Assembly (NCBI GenBank): GCA_017457465.1
Contig: JAFTHJ010000253.1
Span: 1 to 40,145, forward strand
DNA: 40,145 bases
Direction: 5' to 3'
Origin: Clostridia bacterium
GTDB lineage: Bacteria > Bacillota > Clostridia > Oscillospirales > CAG-272
Shown one piece after another: positions 16,088-26,500 of the stretch. The position numbers and the translations under genes were made by a program. Below the pieces are notes generated by a model. That model did no database searches. It was not told where the DNA came from and worked only from the letters and a program-made list of their open reading frames with translations. How positions within the stretch are numbered: the first letter of the stretch is position 1; every line of letters begins with the position of its first letter.

Positions 16088-17020
16088 TCACTTTTTCATA
16101 GTTTGTTTGTGGAGAGCGACAATTTCTTTATCGCTCATACCGGGGAAAAGATCTCTGTACTCCGCCATCTGCTTTTTGGTAATCGTGATAGATTTATCCT
16201 TTGAGCCTACGGGAACGTTGGAGCGCAAATGATCTTTGGTGCTGCTGAGGTTACGCGCCTGCTGCTGAGCAGCGCCGGCTACGCTTGTCATAACACCCTG
16301 GGGGTTGGCGGCGATATAGGCTTCCTCGGGAGAAAGCCCTGCATCCCTGAACTTGCTGAATTTTGCAAAGTTGGGGAACTCAAAAACGGATTTGTACTGC
16401 TTTGTGTTGGGGTAAGCCTTCTGAACTGCTGCAAGGTCGGCGCGGATCTTCTCGTCAAATTTCTGCTTCTGAACGAGGCGCATAGCTTCTTCCTGTTGCA
16501 ACTTCTCAGCCTTTCTTCTGCGGTATTCCTCAACGGGAATTTCCGCAGCCTCGGCGGCAAGCCTCTCAAGACCTGCAATACCTTCGTTTTCATCCGCACC
16601 TAAGCTTTTCAGGGTGTCGCGGATCTGCGCATCTCTTTCGGCAATCTGCTTGTCTTTCGCGGCAATCTGCCTGCGGAGATTTGCAAGCTCAACATCCTTT
16701 GCATCGGGGGCGGTGGCAGGCTCTACTACTTCCGGCTTTTCGGTGGAGGGTGCTTCCTCAGCACCGCCGTTTTCATCCTGCCCTTTGTCAGCATCATCGT
16801 TACCTTCCGCATCTGCACCCTCGGAAGCCTCATCCGCTTCCTCCTCGGAATCGTTATCCTCGGAATCATCGGGAATAACAATGTTGCCTTCTTCGTCATA
16901 GTCAAACTCAATATCGCCTTCGTCTTTACCCTCGTCAGAGGTATCGTTCAGATCCTCATCGTCAAAACCGAGGTCAAGATCTTCTTCGTTGAGTTCGTCA
17001 TTGATCTGATTATCATTCAT
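16088..17020 (-). CDS. scaffolding protein (candidate)
   Basis: 310 aa. Extremely acidic N-terminal third (DELNEEDLDLGFDDEDL..., EEADEASEGADAEGNDDAD), then a charged helical region. Directly upstream of the capsid genes. Confidence 0.55.
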   Translation of the reverse strand: MNDNQINDELNEEDLDLGFDDEDLNDTSDEGKDEGDIEFDYDEEGNIVIPDDSEDNDSEEEADEASEGADAEGNDDADKGQDENGGAEEAPSTEKPEVVEPATAPDAKDVELANLRRQIAAKDKQIAERDAQIRDTLKSLGADENEGIAGLERLAAEAAEIPVEEYRRRKAEKLQQEEAMRLVQKQKFDEKIRADLAAVQKAYPNTKQYKSVFEFPNFAKFSKFRDAGLSPEEAYIAANPQGVMTSVAGAAQQQARNLSSTKDHLRSNVPVGSKDKSITITKKQMAEYRDLFPGMSDKEIVALHKQTMKK

Positions 17021-17054
17021 AATCGTTTCTCCTTCTGCCTCTATGGGCTATTTT

Positions 17055-17192
17055 TTACTTAGACTTCTTGCCGTTGCGCAGGTCGTTGCCCTTTACTGTG
17101 GTGGACTTGGGAGAATCCTTAACAGTGTTAGGAGCTTTGATTACGCCGCCCTGGTTGGTGGCGTAGCGGTTACCCTTTTTAGTATCCTTCAT
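17055..17192 (-). CDS. small highly basic protein
   Basis: 45 aa: MKDTKKGNRYATNQGGVIKAPNTVKDSPKSTTVKGNDLRNGKKSK. AGGAGG RBS 9 nt upstream. The longer track ORF (to 17294) would run through a terminator hairpin. Confidence 0.4.
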   Translation of the reverse strand: MKDTKKGNRYATNQGGVIKAPNTVKDSPKSTTVKGNDLRNGKKSK

Positions 17193-17231
17193 AGCGCGTT
17201 TCCTCCTTTTTCTGATGTTTTGCTTTGAGAT

Positions 17232-17273
17232 AGAAAAAGAGCCACATACACCTATATCGGTGCAGGTGGCTCT
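17232..17273 (-). terminator. rho-independent terminator after the zinc-ribbon ORF
   Basis: Stem AGAGCCAC (17238-17245) / GTGGCTCT (17266-17273) with extra inner pairs. On the minus strand it is followed by UUUUUC (plus-strand GAAAAA, 17232-17237). Confidence 0.6.
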
Positions 17274-17304
17274 CATCTCATTGGATTTTGGCACGATTTG
17301 TTTG

Positions 17305-17472
17305 CTATTCGCTTTTTACGGTCCAAAGCTTGCCGCATCTCTTGCATTTGAAAGTAAGACCTTCGATCTTGCTCTCTTTCAAAAGACCGACCTGGCGGAC
17401 CTTTTCTTTGCAATCAGGACAAACGATTTTCGTGATCTCCTGTTTCTCCGTTGGAGTAATGGTAATTGGCAT
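17305..17472 (-). CDS. zinc-ribbon protein (Com-like architecture)
   Basis: 55-aa ORF not in the track: MPITITPTEKQEITKIVCPDCKEKVRQVGLLKESKIEGLTFKCKRCGKLWTVKSE. CxxC-x21-CxxC, with an AGGAGGG RBS. Confidence 0.5.
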   Translation of the reverse strand: MPITITPTEKQEITKIVCPDCKEKVRQVGLLKESKIEGLTFKCKRCGKLWTVKSE

Positions 17473-17494
17473 AGTTTCATCCCTCCTGCCAATA

Positions 17495-17533
17495 ATTATA
17501 GCATAATAATAACTGCGATTTGTCGCTATTTAT
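17495..17533 (-). promoter_or_regulatory. candidate late promoter (conserved 17-mer plus extended -10)
   Basis: Minus strand: ATAAATAGCGACAAATC (17533-17517), 16 nt ending in TGC, TATAAT (17500-17495). The same 17-mer occurs at the same spacing at 34353-34369. Confidence 0.45.
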
Positions 17534-17538
17534 TCTTG

Positions 17539-20500
17539 TTAAGAGGGTGTTTTTAACATAATTCTGCCGTTTCTTACCTCGAATCCGCACAGGGCGGCAA
17601 GCTCTGCCTTCTGCTGCTTATTCAGTTTACCCATCCTGAGTATGTAACGAAGCAGGAGCTTCTTGGCTCTCTCGGCACTCAATCCGCGCAGATCTCCATC
17701 CTTCAGGGCATAGCCCTTTGCGCATATTAGAAGAAGCTTCTGCTCGCTTGATACGTCAAGCTGGTTGATAGCCGCAACAACCTTTTTCCGTTTACTGCCG
17801 CTTATAGCATTTCCGAGCTTGTCTGTATCTGAGGTCAAGCCCTTTGTAGCAACGTGCAGCATAGCGAGGTTTTCAGCGCCTATAACGGAGGAAATAAGCA
17901 CCGCGTTGCCCCTATCAATACCGAGCGCATCTTCAAGCGCCATATTGTAGTGAAGCTCGTACACGTAGTTTACCGCTTCCGCCTTCATCTCCTCGGAGAG
18001 CTTTTTGTATTTCTCTTTGGTAAAGAGCTTTTCAAGGGAAGCCTGGGAAGCAGAGTAGCTGCCTCTTACGGCTGCCTGTTGTGCCTCGTTCAGCTCGTAC
18101 TCTGCGCCCTCTACCGTTATGGACTTTGGAGCGCTCTTAGGAAGCACTTTGTACCCCTTAGCTGAGAGGGAGTAAAGCTCGTTATGCACGGCTTCGCTCA
18201 TATCCACGCCCATACGCTCATTGTAAAGCAGGCTGAGAATAAAGCTTGCCATCTCCACATCTTCATTCTCGATAGCTTTGTAAAAATCGTTTTTGTAATT
18301 CTTCTCGTAGAAAACATTGTCAATTTTGTACGCGGCTTCCGGGTTGAAGCGTTTTGTCAAACCGTACAGAACGTTATAAACGTTACGCACAGGCAAGCCC
18401 GTAATCTGTCCTACTGCGTAGGAAACCTTTTTAATGCGCGAAGCATAGTCTTGCTGCGTTGCTTTATTCTCGCAGATAAGACCTACAAGATCAACGATGC
18501 TCTTTACGCCGCTTATTAAATCATTAACGGCGGAGTAGGCATAGTTGTCAATATCGTAGCCTTCAGCAAAGGTGGCGTAAATGTCTTTGAAGATAGGCAA
18601 GCCGCCGAAAAGGTTGCCTATTGCATCTACAAGCATCGTCTGCGCTACCGTTTCATCCTCCTTCTGCTCCTTGTCATAAAGCCAGCGGAACAGTTGCGCA
18701 ATACCTGCCATAAATACCGCCGTCAACACAAGCGCCGTTGTAGCCTTGCGGGCATTTCTCTTGGCTACTTTTAGCCTTGCCCTCAGCTCTGCCTTAACAT
18801 CGGGATCTGTTGCTGCTTTGATTTTAGAGTGAAGCACAGAGATTTCACCAAACGCATCAATAACTCTGCCTATAACCTTCATACTATCCGAGGTAAACAT
18901 TGTTACGGTGCGCAGGATCTCGTTGCTCGATCTCATAGCAGCAGAGCGCTCGGTTGCAATAGAGTTTTGCTGGGTTTCCTGAATAACTTTCCTGAGAAGC
19001 TTTCCTGCCTCTATTTTGTTAGCTTCTGTACCCACCTTAGCGCCGCCATTCTTTTCTACCTGGACCTGACAAGCGCCGAATACGCGGCAAACTACAAATC
19101 TATCCATCATACCAATAGGCTGCATAAGCACATCAGAAAATTTACCCACTTTCTGTATAGCTCTGCCTGCCTTGCTACGAGCCTTGCCTTGCTTATCGAG
19201 AACACCCTGTGCCATAGCGGCAGTGTTTTCGTATCTACGAAGCTCTGCGAGGGGGCAGTATTGATCTATTCCCTCAGAGGAGAGGAATACGCCTCGCGTG
19301 ATACTGTCAGCATCCAGGATGCTTGACGAAGCAAAGATAGACGAAAGCTGAGTAAACCATACTTTAGGATTAGCGCCGAGCTGGAATTTTGCATAATTTC
19401 CACGAATAAGCCCCAGCGCTGCCATTCCTTCGCTTGAACCTGCTGGGATACCCTGAATATCAGAGATCAGCTTCATAAAATACTTGTTACCCTTAGCCCA
19501 TACGTTCTCGCTTGCGGTACGCACGCTTATCGGGTGATTTCGGTTGCCCGAGGTATCCATATTGTAAAGGCGGTTAAAGGTTTCTATTGCAGGGGAGAGG
19601 TACGCATACTGACATACCGCGTGAATATGCCGCCTGAATCGTGCATCTGCACTCTCAATAGCGATCTCCTGCTTCGCGCCCTTAACTATATCCTTGTTGA
19701 AAGAGGAATTTGTTACGCGGTCATATTCCGCCTGCGCATCCGAGGTATCAATATTCTGTGCCGTGTATGCACGTCTGATAGGATAGTAATAGTCGGTGCT
19801 GGCGTTGGTAAAGCCGAGCCTCTGCATATCGCGGTCAGCCTTCAGCTTGCGTGCATCCTCGTTGTATCCTTTCTCAAGGATAGCCATATACTGACGGTCC
19901 GCATCGGTGAAGTGCTTTGCGATTTCTGCCTGCTGCGCGGTAATTGCCGCTTCAAGATCCGTTTCGCTGATATGCTCATCGGGCAAGAAGCCAGGCACTC
20001 TCACAACCTTGCCTTCAAGGTTTTTGAACGGGAAGCCGTTTATAGCGATACCCGCCCAGGCGTGCTTACGCTTCATAGTCATATAAAGGTCGATGAGCTG
20101 AATTTTCGGGATCTTCTGCCCTCTGTATTCTATAAGCTCCTCGGAAGCCTTTTCAATGTACTTTTTATTGCTGCGCAAAAACTCATCATATTCGCGCATA
20201 ATACGCATTTCCGCTATCTCGGCATCGGTTGCCGCCTCGCGCAGATCCTCAAACATCTCGGTATAAAATCCGCGCTCGTAGTAATCCATTCTGCGCACAA
20301 GCGTAGCAGGATCGCTGAACATCTCCGCGTACCAAGAGCCTGAGAGCTTTGCGAATAAGCCTACCTTTAAGCCTTCGTTTGCCTGGGCTATGCCTATATA
20401 TCTCTTTGCCTCGGGGAGCGCTTCAATCATTTTGCCGTTGCGGAACACTTTGCCATAATTCTCAACGAATTTCACGAAGTAGGACATAACATCATACATC

Positions 20501-23500
20501 GTAAGTAGCTCCTCTTTGGAGAAGCCCTTTTTACCTTCGGAGAGGGATTCCAGCATATCTGCAACACTCTGCACGTAAAGCCCGGGGTTTTTATCATCGA
20601 CAAACTCAAGCAGCGGGTTGTCTTTGCGATACCACTGCAAAAGCTCGCCCATAATTTTGCGCGTGCCGGATACGTTCAGATTTCCTCTAAACTGTATCTT
20701 AGCAAGCTTTTCTATGGAATTTTTGAAAAGCTCACTGTCAAACTGCGTTGCGTTTGCAAACGTGCCGAGCCTAAGATCTTTCATCTTCTGTGCCTGGCTC
20801 ATAAGCAAACCGAGGATGCGATCCCTGCCTTTGATTCTATCGTGCTCAGCCTTCCAAAATTCTGCTCTTGTGGAGTAGTATTCTATTCTGCCTTCCACAA
20901 GCCTTGAGAACTTGCTTTGCTCGCCCTCAGTTTCAAAGGCTCTCATAATATCAGCTTCAATGCCTGAAACGATTGCAAGCATATCCGCATCGGTTGCTTC
21001 CCAATAAGCAGAGATCCACTTATCTTTTACATCCTCGCGTGCCCTCTCGTACATAGCATCCAGCTCCATAAAGGCTTCTACCGGGTGCATATCTTCAAGC
21101 TCACTCATTCCGGGCATCTCGCGGGCAATATCTACCGCAAACACATCCATAGGAACGCGACTTGTGCCTTTCTTGCCCTTGTATCCCCATCTACCGAGGA
21201 TCTTTTTCAAGCCCGCCTTGTCGGCAATATGGCGTATCTCGGAGAGATATTCAGGGTGAAAAGATATTTTGCCGATATAGGTGCTGAGGTAGGAGAGCCT
21301 TTCCTGCGCTTCCATAACGTCAGGGTTTTCAACCTTTGCCTCCGTAACCATCGTAGCAACAATAAACTCCGCCATATCGTGAGCGAAGGTCTGCCGCGAT
21401 TCCAGGTCAGTGCAATCGTTAAAGCCTTGCCATAGAGCATCTGCCAGCTCCGCCCTCGTCTTTGCAGTGAGGTCCGATGTACCAAACATTCTGCCGATAA
21501 CTTCAAGCGCCTTACCTTTGGAGAACACCTGATAATGCGTATTGTTGGCAATAGTTTTCTTCATCTCGCCTATGGTGAGAGTAGAAGCGCCGGGCTTCCT
21601 CGGTATGCCTCTCTCAAGCACTGCCTCAATATCGAAGCTTGCACCGTCTGCATCCGCGTTCATATCAATATCACCGAAGATAGCATCAAGATCCTCATCA
21701 CCTGTAAGGGCATATCTTGTATCAGGGTTGCTGGAGGGGGCAGTATTGGAGGTAAGCTTTGCCTGCTCGGACCTGAAAATAACAGATTCCGTATCGAGTA
21801 TAAAGCCATCATACTCCGTACCGTTTACCTTGTTGAAAAGCTCTACCGCCTCAACAAGATCGCCTATCGCGGTCAGGGATACATCATAGAGCATAGCAAA
21901 ATCGCTCTTGCCCTCGTACACGCTGCGCAGCACTTCGGCTACATCGTATGTACCGTAGTTTTCAATGCTATAATCCTCGTTTTCCGCCACTGCATTGAGA
22001 AATTTTCTCATCTGCATACGGGAAATTGTCTTTTTCGTAGCAGAGAGGGGATTTGTAATATTGAGATAGTAGCCGCGCACCGTGCCGTAGTGCCGCGCCT
22101 GGTCTGCGCTATTTGTGAAATAAAAGCCCCTGCCGTAGAGATTGGAAGCCTTAGACTTCTTCTTATCGAAGGTGAAGAACTCCTCGGGAGCGCCCTGATA
22201 CATCACCTGAAGCCTGCCCTCGCTATCAAGCTGCTTGGAGGCATCAAAATACTTCCGTTGGTCGCTTGTAAGCTCTGCGCCGGTGCTATCGCTCTCAGGA
22301 AGGGCGTAGCGTATGTCGGGAGAGGCTGAAGGTGTTTTGTTCGATGCAAGCTTTATTTGATTCGCCTCAAACGCTACTATCTCATCTCCCGTAGTGCTCT
22401 GTATAACACCATCGTACCCCCTGCGGCGTAGCTCCTCATTGAATTGCTTTCCTGCACGCTGCATAAAGTATTCAGGAAGATGCTGCTCGATATAGCTATA
22501 TCTTTTGTCTGAAAGATAAGTAATAGCAGCGGAGAGCCTGTATTTTTCTGCCTGTTCCCGCGTTTTGAATCTGCCGCGAGGATAGTAGCTTTCAAAATTG
22601 TGCTCGCCGTATTCCTCCATAGCATCAAGAATACTATCGTACTGCTCCTGAGTGATAGTACCATCTTTCAGGAGATACGAAGCCCACGAAGCTGAGGTAA
22701 TATACTCATCTTTGATAATTTTTTTGATCTCTGATGGTATATCAAGAGCCTCCACGTTGTCAGATACTTTATATCCAAAATATTCTGTATCTCCTTCGTA
22801 AATGCTCTCAACAGTAAGGCGTTCACTGTTGTATATGCTTTCAATTTCATCCGCCAGCTCTATGAAGTTTTTGCTTTGGGAACTTTCTGCATTTCCTTCG
22901 CCGTCAAAGCCTTCCACAACATCTACCGTAAGTGTTTTTGCAATCTCGGGGAACTTCCTTGCCATATTTATTACGAAGCTTGCGAAATCAAAATAAATAT
23001 CGCCGTCTGCAACGCCATCATATTGCCCCATTTCTTCAGAGAAGTTAAATGGGTTTTTGATATTCAAGTAGCATTTGAGCACCCGCCTTCCGTAAGTACC
23101 CGCCTCGTACTCAGAGAACGCAAAGTAGAAGCCCCTGCCATACCAGCCGGCATCGTTTGCTGCGCCTATAAGTTTTTTATCAAACTCATAGAACTCGCCA
23201 CTGTTTGTGCCGTGATATACAGGGAGAAGGCTACCCTCGGGGGATATTTCAGCATATCCATCCTTTTCCACGGCTCTTATTTGGCTTTCGGCAAAAAACT
23301 CTCTCTGCTCGGGGGAGAGGGGGTTGCCTTCGCTATCGGTTTCGGGTAGAGCAAACCTTATATCCCTGCTATATGGGCTAAATCTCTTGCTGAGAGGGAT
23401 AATTTTGCCCGCATCGTCATAGGTGATGGGATCTGCCGATTTTATCTGTTCAGAGTGGAAGGCAACAATTTGTACGCTTTTTTTACCTTCTCCAATAGTA

Positions 23501-26500
23501 TCGGCATCAAACCGGGTATCCTTTATGATTATTCCGTCATACCCTTGCGAAACAAGGCTTTCTTTGTATTTTTTGACAACATCAGCACCATTTTCAAGCC
23601 TCATTCCCAATCCGCCAACGTTTGCATCTTCAGCGGTTTTTCCCGCCAATTTGTATATTTCTGTTTTGAATTGCTCATAGGAATCTGTGAAGATCAAATC
23701 GCCTCGTTTTGCCCGCAAGCTCTCTATCATAACTTTACAAGAAACAAGCTCATCGGCAATTTTCTGTGCTTCCAAAAATGTCTTTTCGTCAACGTTTTGC
23801 GAATTTTTAGGCGCTGTTTTTCCGTTCGTTCTGATGTATTCGCTTACCGACCACCTTGCAAGCAAGCCAAGCTCATTAAGTTCCTCGTACAAAGATTTAT
23901 ACTTTTCTTCGGCATCCGCAATTTCTTCATCGACTTTTTTTATGGCTTCGGAATCCATTTCTGTGGTAGTAAACACTTTCGGGTTTTCAATCTTCAGCCA
24001 GCTTTCATATACTTGTGGATTGTTTTCATCAGTTCCCCAGGTTTCGCTTACCCAATTTTCCGCGCCTTTCCTGGTAGCGCCAAACCAAAAACCGATTTTA
24101 GATTCTATGCCACCATAAAGCCCGGATTTTCCTTCGTCAAAAACAGTGAATGAATTGTGTGAGCCGTGATACCCCTTAACTGTATATCCTGCCTTCTTTG
24201 CCGCTTCATCGACCATAGCCTGCACAGTATCCATATCTCCGCTTTCAACGGCGGCAAGATATGCCTCATCTGTCAGCGCAAAACGCTTTTTCTGAGGTTT
24301 TTTTGAAGAATTTTCGCCAGGGGTATTGCTTTTTTTCTCAGAATGAGTTATAATAAGCTTGTTCTCAGCATCTCCTAACGGAGCCGGGGAGGCGGATTCG
24401 TCCGTCATACTCTGTTGAGGACTTTTTTCTTTTTCGATAAACTTTATCTCATAAAGAAACTGTTTTGATCCCTTATCCCTCACCACCACTTCTATATCAA
24501 AGCCATCATAAGAGCCTTTGAAGCGGTGCATAGCGACAACACCTTTTTTTGCCTCATTCTCCAAGCCGTGTATCTCCGTATTAGATCCTTCGTAGGTGCA
24601 GCTTCTAAGTATCTCGGCAAAATGCGGGATAGCTTTAATTCTCGCATTTACCTCGCGCATATTTCTGCCCTTGTTGGAGAATATGTTTTTATTCTGAGTG
24701 AATTTATCCGTGAGGATTCTAATGCTTTTTCCGCCCGCATCAAGTCTGATGCCGAGCGTGCCAAGCTTAACAAGGTCATTTTTGAGCCTTTCAGCTTTAC
24801 CTTTTGATAAGGCAAACCTTGTATCCGTATCAACATCCGTGTTTGTTACAATGGGTGCTTCCTCGTCATTATCGCCTGTAACGTGCATATAATCGGTTTC
24901 TGTGTTCGTTACGGGCATTTTTTTCGCTCCTGCGCCCTCTAACGCAATCGAAAGAGCGTTGTTACCCTGGTTGCGCTCCGCAAGGCTCTCAAAGAGCGCT
25001 TTGTACTGTCTTACGAATTTACGAGCCTGCGCCGACAAGCCCTGAACAGAGGAATATTCCCGGGCGGATTTACGGAAGAAGGAAAGCACCTTATCTGCGA
25101 AAGAAGGCTCTTTTGAGAGAATATAAGCCCAGGCATCCGCGCTTCTGAAAACTTCCTCTGCGCCCGCTGCGGCAACCTCCTCCTCGGAGATAGCCTGAGC
25201 TACGGAAGAATCCGTGCCAAGCTTCTTATAGAACTTCTTGTATCTCTTGCGCACTTCCTGCGCTTTTTCGGGGTTGCTTCTCTCCAGGAGATCTCTTGCC
25301 TCTCTAAAGAGCTGCAAAGCGCGTTTATCGCCGTCAGCAAAAAGCTTATGGAACATCTCGTGCCCGAGGATAACTTCATACGTTCTCGCTTCGGAGTTGT
25401 TAGGATTTACATAGATAGTATTGCCGCTTATAGCGCCATCTCCAAACGCCCTCTCGGCATCGAAGATAACGTTTAAGCCCGATTTTGCCGCAACCTTTGC
25501 GAACACAAGAGTTTCAGCATCAGCAAGACCGTGCGCACGCGCCTGCCTTACCGTCATTCTGATAGCCGCCTTGTTAGGCTCGCTCAAAGAATTGTAATCG
25601 GGGATATTCTCAGCCGCATACGCATCTATCTCGGTTGTTTCTCTTGCAAGGTTGGTTTCCTCGGTGAACTGCATTGATTTTGCGGTGGTAGTCTGCCCGG
25701 AAGTCCAAAACCTTTTGAGGACCTGGTTTACATCCTGCACCGAGAGGGCGCGGCTAATATTTCCTCCGTCATAGTCATAGAGGCGGTATGTATCGCCTTC
25801 CTTGAAGATAGCCATATTAACTGAGCCGTCCTCGCTGGTATAGCGGTAAACACCGTCCTGCATATTCTTGCGCAGCAGGTGAGGCAGGGGCTTTGCACTC
25901 TCTGCGCCCTGCTCAAGAGCGCGGCGCATACGTTTGGATTGTTCTGCGAACTCGGATATACCGCCGTTAGCATTAAATTCTGCTACTCTCGTTCTCAGCT
26001 CGTCTATCGTTACCTTAGACCAATCCTCGATACCGAGAGCTTGACCGAGCGCCTGCATTTCTTCAGGCTTGCCCTTTTCAATAAGGCGGTTGAGATCTGC
26101 CGTATTCGCAAGATTTTCACCGTTAAGCATAGCCTCAGCCATTCTGCGCGTATCCATCATAATACCGCCTGTTGCCTCTGCTACTGCAAGCGTTGCAAGG
26201 GTGGAGTTTTCGGAGAGGGCTTTTCTGAGCGACTTGGCAAAGGTTTTTGCCTCTGCATCCGTCAGCGTGCCAGCCTTAGCCTTCTCTACAAGGGAAGCAT
26301 CAATGCCTGAAAGAATTTGCTCGGCAGTTACTCTGATAGGCTTGCCGTTGGCATCCGTCATACCGAAAGCAGCATATCTCTGCGCTGCGTTCTCCGCATT
26401 GAATACAAGCCCTCTTGCGCTTCTCTCGATATAGGGATGAAGGTGAGCTATAACGCTCGTTCTCTTGAGCTTACCCAGGTACATCAAGTCTTTTGCCTTG

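Noticed and set aside
14661-16232. 523-aa plus-strand ORF
   Set aside because: It is antisense to the capsid, decoration and scaffold genes, has no RBS and has odd composition. It is a shadow ORF of well-packed minus-strand genes. The same applies to the plus-strand ORFs 31136-32350, 8538-9497, 11984-12673, 21535-22329 and 19534-20343.
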